Shown piece after piece: positions 28,601 through 40,600 of a stretch of DNA of 64,000 nt (the first letter of the stretch is position 1; every line of letters begins with the position of its first letter). A model generated the notes under the pieces. The model did not search any database and was not told the DNA's origin. It was given only the letters and a program-made list of their open reading frames with translations. The position numbers and the translations under genes are program-made. Origin of the DNA: Macrostomum hystrix (taxonomy: Eukaryota > Animalia > Platyhelminthes); the NCBI GenBank assembly GCA_950097015.1, contig CATNEN010000008.1, positions 1,178,001-1,242,000 on the forward strand, read 5' to 3'.

Positions 28601-31600
28601 CATTTAACTTGATAAATTGATAAATTGATAGATTGATGGATTGATAGATTGACAAGGCCGCCGCCGATCCGCAGGACTTAGCCGCCCTGGACATTGTGGA
28701 GCCCAGCTCCTACAGCGGCCAGTACAGGGAGCCGAGTCAGCTGACACCGCTAGCCCAGCCAGCCGGGTCGGAGGTTCTTGGCGCTGACACATCCATTGCG
28801 GTCGCTACCGCCGCTGCAGAAGGGAAGGACAACACACCAACAACTGACAGAGTCCCGATTGTGTCCGGGTGAGATTCTCCATGAGATTATCTGAGAGATT
28901 CACGTTTATTTTCCTGTCATCCACAATGGTATTTTCGTTGATACAATCTTCCATTGCTAGCACATGTCCTCACTCGTCTGTTCTCTCTTATCTACTCTCC
29001 CTCTCTTATCTACTCTCCCTCTTTTATCTACTCTCCCTCTTTTATCTACTCTCCCTCTCTTATCTACTCTCCCTCTTTTATCTACTCTCCCTCTTTTATC
29101 TACTCTCCCTCTCTTATCTACTCTCCCTCTTTTATCTACTCTCCCTCTTTTATCTACTCTCCCTCTTTTATCTACTCTCCCTCTCTTATCTACTCTCCCT
29201 CTCTTATCTACTCTCCCTCTTTTATCTACTCTCCCTCTCTTATCTACTCTCCCTCTTTTATCTACTCTCCCTCTTTTATCTACTCTCCCTCTTTTATCTA
29301 CTCTCTCTCTCATCTACTATTCAGCATCTTTTCTGCCTCATCTACTATTCAGCATCTATTCTCTCTCGTCTACTATTCATCATCTATTCTGCCTTATCTA
29401 CTATCCAGCATCTATTCTGCCTTATCTACTATCCAGCATCTATTCTGCCTTATCTACTATCCAGCATCTATTCTGCCTCATCTAGTCTCCAGCATCTATT
29501 CTCTCATATCTACTCTCCAGCATCTATTCTGCCTCATCTAGTCTCCAGCATCTAATCTCTCTCATTTATTATCCAGCATCTATTCTCTCTCATCTAGTCT
29601 CCAGCATCTATTCTCTCATATCTACTCTCCAGCATCTATTCTGCCTCATCTAGTCTCCAGCATCTATTCTCTCTCATTTATTATCCAGCATCTATTCTCT
29701 CTCATCTAGTCTCCAGCATCTATTCTGTCTCATCTAGTCTCGAGCATCTATTCTGTCTCATCTAGTCTCCAGCATCTATTCCGTCTCATCTACTCTCCAG
29801 CATCTATTCTGCCTCATCTAGTCTCCAGCATCTGCCTCATCTGGTCTCTAGCATCTCATTCAAGAACTCGCACAAATGTATTCCCTTGTATTCCCCTAGG
29901 GACACGGTTTTCCTTCTCCCGGGGCTTTTACGGGTGAGCAGGCGAAGCCCTTTCGCCAAGCCTGAGAGTTGCTTTTTTATTCGATTGAGAGCCGAGCCGG
30001 GGTTTATACGCCTTCGATACACTTGCTGCTGAGGAACAGAAATAGCAGTATAGCAGTATAGCATTTACGTTTCCTTGCTTTGAAGAATGTCGTATGCATT
30101 ACTATTAGTTTCCTGTATAGCTTAGGTCTGCTGGTACGCATTATTAAGCCCTACATTGAGACGAAAAGCAAAGTAAAGAAATATATACAAAGCTTGAAGG
30201 ATCGATGCATTTGCTAAAAAATTAATTGAATACTCATTGGGTGCTTTCGGAGTTTTCCATGGGACTTGATGGATGCTCCGTATTGACTTGCCCCCCGATT
30301 AATTAAAGAGAGACTAAGGAGAAGGGTAGATATGTAGTATATTAGATTGAAGTAGATTAGATAGTGAGTAGATTAGATATGGAGTAGATTAGATAAGGAG
30401 TAGATTAGATAATGAGTAGATTAGATAATGAGTAGATTAGATAGGGAGTAGATTAGATATGGTGTAGATTAGATAATGAGTAGATTAGATAATGAGTAGA
30501 TTAGATAGGGAGTAGATTAGATATGGTGTAGATTAGATAATGAGTAGATTAGATAATGAGTAGATTAGATTGTGAGTAGATTAGATATGGAGTAGATCAG
30601 ATAATGACTAGATTAGATATGGAGTAGATTAGATAAGGAGTAGATTAGATATGGAGTAGATCAGATAATGACTAGATTAGATATGGAGTAGATCAGATAA
30701 TGACTAGATTAGATATGGAGTAGATCAGATAGTGAGTAGATTAGATATGGAGTAGATCAGATAATGAGTAGATCAGATATGGAGTAGATCAGATAATGAG
30801 TAGATCAGATAATGAGTAGATTAGATAGTGAGTAGATTAGATAGTGAGTAGATTAGATAGTGTCAGTGAGTAGATTAGATAATCAGTAGATTAGATAAGG
30901 AGTAGATTAGATAAGGAGTAGATTAGATAGTGAGTAGATTAGATAAGGAGTAGATTAGATAGTGAGTAGATTAGATAAGGAGTAGATCAGATAAGGAGTA
31001 GATTAGATAAGGAGTAGAGATGTCAATCAGTTTATCAGTTGACAGTTGACAGTTTAACATGACATCCTTAAGCTGGAAATTGTTGCAGCACAAAATTTCA
31101 GTATCAAATATTTGGCAATAATGTTCAACAAATGTATCAAGTGTTGGAAATCATAAATCGATATTTCCGGGTTGGGGAATGGGACGCAACAACTCCAGCC
31201 AAAAACTGACTCATATTTTCGTCTGTCCTCTGTGCTTGAGAGCGAAAGTGTGTAAAATATGAAATATGGAATATTTGCTGCTTGATTGCTGCCTATGGGC
31301 GATCAAAAAGTTCTGCAACCTACAAAAAGTTTTATTTCTCCTTCCTTGTAGAGTTTCAGTTGATTTCGAGAATCAGTTTCAGTTTTACTGGACACCAACC
31401 AACTCCAGTTTTCAGCCTGTACATGGAATCGTCAGAAGACAACATTCGCTTCTACATCTATATGCGCATGCATCTGGGGAAAAAGCTGTGGAAATTCACA
31501 GCGACTTAGTTTCAGTGTTGGCTGAAGCTGCGCCGTCATTTGACACTGTCGCACGCAGGATGTGCCACTTTACCGATGGACGAACGAGCTCCAAAGACGA

Positions 31601-34600
31601 GAGTCAGTCTAGACGACCCCGGACATCCGTGACCGAGGCATCAGTGGGCACCGCGAGGATTGCGGTGTGACACTGAGATTCCTTGCCTACGAGTTCGGTG
31701 TCAACTATGGAAGCGCCCACACCATCATGCATGAGCAGCTGGGCCGCTCCAAGACCTGCGCCCGCTGGGTGCCGCACCTGCTCACAATGGAACAGTGCGC
31801 TGAGCGCGTGCGAATCTGCCGCCTGTGGCTGGAGCTGGTCAAACCAAATGGTCCAAGAAGGCTTTCTGACGTCGTGACAGGAGACGAATGTCGGATTTCC
31901 TTCTTCACGATGAAGGACAAGCAGTCCAACATGGTCTTTTCTCGCATTCAGGACCTGGCACGAGCAGTCAAATCAGAACTCGAGAGACTACCAACATCAG
32001 AGTACCTCAGCTGCTTCCAGGCCTGGCGGATGCGAATGCAACGGTGCACTGAAGCTGAGGGGAAGTACTTTGAGGGAATGCGACACTGAATGTGTGCTCT
32101 AGTTTTCTCTGGACTTTGTAATAACGCAGCTTGCAGAACGTTTTGATCGCCCCTCGTTAAAATTGGGAGCAAACTTTCAACTCTGGTCAACAGGTTTGGC
32201 TCACTATATAATGACTCATACATTCCTTTCTGCCCCACCCCACCCTCCTTAGTTGTGTCTCAGTTTGCTCACGAATACTAGACCCTTGAGTCGTGAATTT
32301 TAATCCGGTTATCTTAGAATAGGAGTAGATAAGCGGTAAATAGATGCATACAAAACAGTTTTAGCACTTTTACCTGAACTCTCTATCTAGCTAAACTATG
32401 TAAGCTATGGAGATTAGATGAAGGCTATGGGAGACAGAATAAAAGTACTTTAGTATAGCTACGGACATTTTATAAAGTATGTAAAACTACAATGAGACTT
32501 TGGGAGATGCTATTCTCTCTCTTTGCTGTGGTAGGAGAAGTCGCATTGTGGGTGGAGCAAAATGCACGGACCTCCCGCAACCAAGCCCTTCAAATCCCAC
32601 AGCCCGTCTGCCTGTCTGCCTATTTTTTCTATCCTGTACAGTATAAACCAATCGCAAAATGAGACGGCCGACACTTATTTAGAAGTCTGGTTCTATCCGT
32701 GTCCGTTTGTCATTTACCTCAATAGCCTGCAACTTGCGCCGCAAGAGGTTTGCGTGTGTGCAAAAATACTTCTGGTCTAGAGCTTCTCTGTGAGCCAATG
32801 AGAATTGAGTCGAGCGACCAGCACAGCCAGACAGGGGAGGGGAGGTGAGCTTGAGTAGGGGAATAAGAGCTCACGTACGCCTGAGGTGTTCCTGTTAGTT
32901 CTTCCCGTTTCCAAACGCTCTCACGGAAGTGGGAGGAATTTAAATAATTTCTTCTCAACAAAGCTCAGCATGACTGTGACCAATGGAGTGCTGATTCAAG
33001 CTAACAACGAGGCCGAACAAGAAGAGGATGAGCAGATGTAAGACTCATTTTACGGATGTACTTTTGCCAGATTTGACAGGAGCAACATTATAACTCGCAT
33101 GGACAAAAGCTGGGCTGTATTGAAATGTCGTACTCTGGGCATTATTTGAATTTCGTCTGCAAACTCAGATTGTACTTTTATGATTGGAATGAAGTGACGG
33201 GCCGTGAGTTGTGACGTGCTACATCACAGAAGCATTGATCCGGAAAATAATACAGTAGTCTGTCAGTACCGATTTGGTCAATCGACTCGTTAAAAATAAG
33301 TATAGGTCCGTATAATGTGAGTATTCTGCTTACTACTGACAGTGCAGGCCAAATGAGTAGTAGGTTAATATCAAACTCCAGTCAAACCACTATTGTAAAT
33401 TATTTTTATATTCAAATATAAAAAACAAGGAACATCATATGATACAGACTAAAAGCGAAATTCAGAGAGAATAGTTGCTGGAGAATAGATGAGTGTGAAA
33501 AGATACCGGAGAGTAGATGAGAGAGAATAGATGCTGGAGAGTAGATAAGAGAGAATAGATGCTGGAGACTAGATGAGGCAAAATAGATGCTGGAGACTAG
33601 ATGAGGCAGAATAGATGCTGGAGACTAGATGAGTCAGAATAGATGCTGGAGACTAGATGAGAGAGAATAGATACTAGAGAGTAGATGAGAGAGAATAGAT
33701 TCGAGAGAATCGATTTTGCAGAGTAGATAAAAGAGAATAGATTGCTGGAGCCTAGATGATTGAGAATAGATTGCTAAAGAGTAGGTGAGAGAGAACAGAT
33801 TGTTAAAGAGTAGATGAGAGAGAATAGATGAGAGAGAATAGATGAGACAGAGTAGATATGAGAGAATAGATGCTGGATAGTAGATGATAGAGAATAGATG
33901 CTGGAGAGTAGATGAGAGAGAAAAGATACTGGAGAGTAGATGAGAGAGAATAGATACTAGAGAGTAGATGAGAGAGAATAGATTCGAAAGAATAGATTTT
34001 GCAGAGTAGATAAAAGAGAATAGATTGCTGGAGCCAAGATGATTGAGAATAGATTGCTAAAGAGTAGATGAGAGAGAACAGATTGTTAAAGAGTAGATGA
34101 GAGAGAATAGATGAGAGAGAATAGATGAGACAGAGTAGATATGAGAGAATAGATGCTGGATAGTAGATGATAGAGAATAGATGCTGGAGAGTAGATGAGA
34201 GAGAATAGATACTGGAGAGTAGATGAGAGAGAATAGATACTAGAGAGTAGATGAGAGAGAATAGATTCGAGAGAATAGATTTTGCAGAGTAGATAAAAGA
34301 GAATAGATTGCTGGAGCCAAGATGATTGAGAATAGATTGCTAAAGAGTAGATGAGAGAGAATAGATGAGACAGAGTAGATGAGAGAGAATAGATGCTGGA
34401 GAGTAGATAAGAGTGACACAAAGTGTGTGATCCAAATAAAGAAAGAAAACCTTTCTACCCTCGGCCTCAGGTTCCTGGTGTCATTCGTCGTGGACGCCCG
34501 AGGCGGCGCAATGTCCGGGGCGCGCTGTCCCGGTCTGCGCATTGTGGTGCCGCCAAACTCAGCCACCGGGCCGACCCGGGTCACCTGCCGGCTGCTCAGG

Positions 34601-37600
34601 CCCGGTCGGGTCAGCCGGCCGCCGCAGCTCAACGATGGCGAGGGCTTGGCTTGTCGAATTCTGGAATTCGGCTGCAGCTGCAAAGCCTTCGCCAACCCCG
34701 TGCTGCTGGAGGTGCCGCACATGGCCTCGCTGAGGGACACGGAGCGAGAGGTCGTTGTATACAGGTGGGTTCTAGAATCAGATTCTACTATCAGAGTTGA
34801 ATAAAGTAGAATAGAATAGAATAGAATAGAATATAATTGAATAGAACGAAAGTTGACGGAATCGGATGCAAAATAATTGAAACGAAACACGCATGTGATA
34901 TTGTAAGAGGGTATACAATGAATAGTGTCGAACACATGACACAACTGACTTAAAACTGTCGCCTCAGGTCGGACACTGGCGAGACCTGGAAGGAGCACTC
35001 GCAAGAAGCCACAGAGCAGGCGGTGCTGGATGTTGTCGGCGGCTTCTTCGGCAGCCCGCTGGAGACCAACGAGGAGCTGCGCCGGAAGCGCATTGTACGC
35101 ATCCTGACCGCCAGCCTGCCGCAGTACTTCGCCCTGGTGACGCGGCTACGTCAGGAGGCGGCGTTCATCGGGCCGGAGGGCGGCGTCATCGGCGCCACCC
35201 TGTCTGGCGGCCGCATTCAGTCGGTGTTCCCCGATGGCGCCCTCACCAAGAAGATTCGCGTCGGCGTCCAGGTGAGAGAGTCGGTCTGTTTGCGCTTATC
35301 TTTGTGTGTCATGGCATTAATAATTTGCAGAGTGCTGCAGACAGTGAGGCTTCATTTGATGACAGCCGACCAAATTTGCGTGCCTGCATGAACCCTAAAG
35401 GCACACACGCAGGCACGCAGTTGAAGACGTTCTATGTACATCTGTGCTGACTTTGGCATTGTCAGGTAGTGTAAACACACACCGGGCCTTAAAGAGGGTC
35501 CGCCCTCATGGGGGTCGCAACGGGCTCTCAGGCCCTCTCCCTTTAATCGAGCTCAGAGAACTTGGTGCGAGAGTCAGCTTTCCCGAAAACACCACCCGAA
35601 ACCCCCCTTCTAGGTGTTCCCGATCCCGGCAGAGGCGGCTGCCCGACTATTTGGCGGCTCCGATCAGCGCCGCATCGCCGCCTCACCGGTTGTGACCATC
35701 GAGCCACGGCGTCGCAAATTTCACAAGCCGATCACCCTCACCCTGCCTCTGCCGTCAACTTCAACGACAAAGGCAACGGCATCGGCTGCAGTCAGCACGC
35801 CGCCCACGCTTCGCCTTCTGTGCAGCATCACCGGCGGAGCTCAGCCGGCCACCTGGGAGGACATCACCGGCTCCACGGCGCTCTCACACGTGAAGGACAG
35901 CGTCTCTTTCACCACGACAGTGAGCGCCCGGTTCTGGCTAGTCGACTGTCAGAATCCAGCCGAGGCGGCCGAGATGGCCGGCCGGCTCTACAGGGAGGCG
36001 TCGGCTGTGCCCTACATTGCTCGCTTCGTGGTCTACGCTAAACGGACGCGTCTGGACGAGGCCAGGCTGCGGTGTCTCTGCGTGACGGACGATCGGGTGA
36101 GAGAGATTACGTTCCGAACATCACACTAGAGTAGCTATAGAACAGGGGTCGGCAAAATTTTTACCAAGCTTATTACAAAGGGAGAACCTAAAGACGACAG
36201 CGGGCCACATTGACGGTAGAAATACGAGTATTACGAGTATATGAAACAGGATACTGTATGTAAAACGGCCCGGATTTGGGAGCTTTGAGGACCGACCCCC
36301 GGAGAAGCAGATGAAATTTCGGCTGCATCTTTACGAGTATATACCCCCACTGGCAACCGGAAAATCGCAGGCGGACAAAACTCTCGAATCAGCGCAAGGC
36401 TATGAACGGAAGGCGGAGTCTCGCGAAGTTGAGATCCTCGACGGACGCCCGTTGTGGATCGAAGGCCTGGACAATCTGGCAACATTCCCTGTGGCTGCTG
36501 AGTCGCGCAGTCTGTTTGACAATCAGCTACACCAGCAACAGCAGCAGCAGCCGCCGTTCTTCACTGTCCGCGCCTTTCGCGAAAACCGTCTCACTTGCGG
36601 GGCGCGACCGCGCGACGCTGCCCAGCCGGCCGCCGGCCGGATCGCCTTCCTGGCCGAGCCCAGGACCTTGGCGACGCCTCCGTCTGCTGCAGCGGCTGCG
36701 ATTTGCACCCTGGAATTGGCCCTGCCAGACTATCAAGGACCTCCGGTGCCGTTGCCCCAGACGCCTGCCAAGCCTCTATTTGTGTCGCAGGAAGTGCCAA
36801 CTCCGAAGAAAAAGGCGAAGATGCCGACGGTGCGGACCTCCGAGCCAGTGGCGGCACAAGTGGTGGTGGAGCCGGAGCTGATCGCAACGGTGGACCCGAA
36901 CCATGGCGTTACCCGATTGCGTAGCGCCGAAGAGGAAGCCGCCGCTCGCAATAACAAGACGGAGGCCTATCTGGAGCTGACTCGCGCGCTGGACGAGCTC
37001 ATGCCGGAGCCGAAGCTCCTCGTAATGGGATCGGAATTGGACGACAAAGGTGAACTTTTTTAGATGCCGGCTTTTTTGAGTCTTTTCCACTTTCAAAACG
37101 GAAATGAGAAACTGTTCCCTTAACCGATCTAGAGCCCGTAGAGGAGTCCGAAATACTGTCATCTCGAGTGCAGGACTCACCAAAGCGAGCTGCAGCCCGC
37201 TCTGAAGCCGTCGAAGAGCTTCTGTCTAGTCTGGACGTTCGTCAGGACCAGTCGATGGCACCGGAGGCTGACACACCGGAAGAAGGTGAAGAATCTAAAA
37301 GACCTTTGAAATTTTTAGCACTGAGGAGTACTAGATAGTGAAAAAAATTGACCTAACACAATAGCCCTTTCTCTGTTTTTCAGAGGTGAATGTTCCTAAG
37401 ACTGTAAGTCAAGTTCACGCTCAGGTGCACACATCTCCTGAGGCCAGGGTCGAAGGTAAGTGCGTATTAAAGGAAACGCCATTTCCAAAGTTTCGTCTTT
37501 TAAATCAAAGTTTAAACTACGTTCGATGCACTTTCCAGCCTCAGTTGAGGAGACGCTTGAGAAGACTGATGCTAGGCAGGACCAATCGATGGCACCTGAA

Positions 37601-40600
37601 GCTGGGACACCCGAAAAAGGTCAGTCAGTCGTCCCAAATGTCAGAAATAAAAGCTCGCAGTTTTAACTAAACTAGTTTCAAACAGCAAGAGACCAAAATG
37701 TTGCTTTCATTTTGTTCGCAGTTATCGAGGTTCCTAAGACAGTTCAGCCGACTCAGGCACCGCCAACTCTACGCGATGAAGGTGAGCAGCAATTATCTAT
37801 AGATGTTTTTAGAGGAGCTTTAAAATACACTGAAAAAATCTTTCTCAAATGTACAGTCGAGGAGACTGTTCAAAGGAAGGATGTTAGTCAGGACCAATCC
37901 ATGGCTCCGGAGGCTGGAACACCTGAGGAAGGTGAGAATTGAAGCGAGTCGTTTAGTAACAAGCTAGAATCTGTTTGGTTTCTCAAAGCATTCCTGTCGT
38001 CCTGCCTTCCAGTGATAGAGGTACCAAAGACAGTTAGTCAGACCCACGCCGAACGACAGCTGACACCAACGGGCCCTGCTGATGACGAGTACGGTAAGAT
38101 ATTTTTATCTGTCAATGATCAGTGACGAATAGTTCTCTTGAATAACTAATTCACTTTACTTTCTAGAGTCCTCGTTGGCAGCTGAAGCAGCTGTGAAGAA
38201 GCAAGAAGAAGTCGCCGACGCAGAGGACGGTGAGCAGAAGGAAATTGCTTTTCCTCACAATTCGAATACTGAAAGCAAAAGTCACACATGACCTATGAGA
38301 CAGGCCTTATTAAGTACAATAGTTAAGGTAGAATGGTCTTTGAGATTTACGAGTGATATTCATATGTTATCGTATGTTCTTTCCTTAAGTTGTCTATGTA
38401 TACAAGTATGGAAATTTGTAAGAAGGTGAATTAATTTCATCACAGCTGACAATGGGTTCGAAATCACTGAACTAGAGTAAGTAGTCAGTGTATGGGAAAT
38501 TTTAAGAGACTCAGTGGCTAGCGAAATGACGGCACCAAGCAGGTAGTCAGTCCTTGAGATCCGCTGCCTCGGAGGCTGGCGAGGACTCCGGCACCTGGGC
38601 CACGCCAGACTCGCAGCGGCCCAGGCTGCGTCGTCAAAGGCAACCACGCAACGACAGCTCAGCTGACCGGTCCACGACAACTTCCGCTGATTTTACGGAC
38701 GTCACAACCGAGGCAAGCGAGGACACCCTGCTGGGTGCTGATGATCCATTGTCAGCGTCAGCTGATGAAGCATGGCGCGAGGCGCTGATGGAAGCTGCTT
38801 CGGCATCAGTGTCCGCCACGGCAACGGCTACGTCGACGTCATCGACGTTGGAGGAATCCACTGGGTGTCGCCCTAGCAGTGTCGTGGAAGGTATTCCAGC
38901 AGAAGCCTGATCTTGCCGTTCGATCGCCTTGCTGATTTTTTCTCCCAAATACGGAACTTTGCTGTTGGGAAGTAAATATAGGCAGGTTTGCATGAGAAAA
39001 ACCCTTAAGGAGATAGTAGCGCATGGTTACTGTATGACTAAAATTGTAAGGCATGTTAGAAAGCGCAATTTGCTGTGACCTAGCTACCAATCACCCCGCA
39101 TCCCCCCTACCCAAACTGTCCCAAACAAAAAACCTGCCAGCAACAGCGACTGCCGCCAGCTTCACGGACGCACAGATCACCGTGCCGAGGCGACACGCTT
39201 CGCCACCCACTCGTCTGCCGGTGGCCATCGCTGCGAGTGATGCCTCCAAAGACGTCACAGGTGACGTCACGGCGGAATCACCTGGCGGCGACACGCGGCG
39301 AAACTCGTTGAACTCGCTAATGCTGCGAAGCATGGAATTCGAGGAGAGCCTGCGCAGCAAGATGCGCCACGTCAGCATTGACGACGCGTTAAATGCGCCG
39401 GACGCCACGCCGCAGGTTGAAGAGAAGTCGATCTCGGAACTGACCCGTTCAATGTCCGGCGCTGATTCAGGTTCAGAGGCACCGACACCCATTGAAGAGA
39501 TGCCACCGATTGGCTTCAACGAAGCCACAGCCACGGGATCTAGGCGCAGTGCTACGGAAGACGTATTCTACGAGAGTGCTTCCTCAACGTCCTACACTTC
39601 AGCTTCGGCTACGGAGGGCGAAGACGAAGGGGAAGATGAGGAGACGCCTGCAGCAGCTGAAAAGACGAGCTTCTTCCGGCCGGAAGCTTTACCTCTCGGG
39701 CGGGGACTTTTTCACGAGGGTGGCATCAGACCGGAGGAGCTGGTCAGTCCGGCCAAGGACGAGTTGGCCAGTCCGCAGCAGGTGGGCGCAGCCGCATTCT
39801 CCAGACTGGTATCAGCTGAGTACGCTTACTCGCGAATAGAGGAAAAGCTGGACAGCCCCGTGCAGAGTCCGGTTGATGCCTACAAAAAGTTTCCAGGCGT
39901 TGGAGGCAATGGAGCTGCTGCTGGAGGTTCAGTGGCTGCATCTCCGATGGCTGAGCGCATGACGCAAATTGCTGAGGAAGAAGCGCAAGAAGAGGGGCAA
40001 GCTATCCATGATGTTCCAAGTCTTGGTGAAAAGGATCACACTCCGGTCCAAAGCGAACCAGCTCACTTTGAAGAGAAAGAGAAAGTTCATGATAAACCAG
40101 TCCACAGAGAACCAGTGCACTTTAAAGAGGAAGAGAAATTTCATGATCAACCAGTCTACAGAGAACCAGAACACTTTGAAGAGGAAGAGAGAGTTCATGA
40201 TGAACCAGTCCACAGAGAACCAGAACACTTTGAAGAGGAAGAGAAAGTTCATGATGAACCAGTCCACAGAGAACCAGTGCACTTTGAAGAGGAAGAGAAA
40301 GTTCACGAGGAACCAGTCCACAGAGCTCCAGAACACTTTGAAGTGGAAAAGAAAGAGCACGAGGAACCAGTCGACAGGCAAGAACCAGTGGACTTTAAAC
40401 ATGATGAGAAGGTCCGAGAGGAACCAATCCATAGTAAAGAAGAGCACTTTGAAGAGGAAGAGAAAGTTCACGACGAACCAGTCAACAGCCAAGAACCAGT
40501 GCACCTTGAAGAGGAAGAGAAAGTTCATGACGAACCAGTCCACAGAGAACCAGTGCACCTTGAAGAGGAACAGAAAGTTCATGATGAACCAGTCCACAGA

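Noticed and set aside
36143-36302. hAT-like end CAGGGGTCGGCAA with a degenerate partner CCGACCCCCG
   Set aside because: The second end is imperfect and there is no 8-bp target-site duplication, so it is too weak to call.
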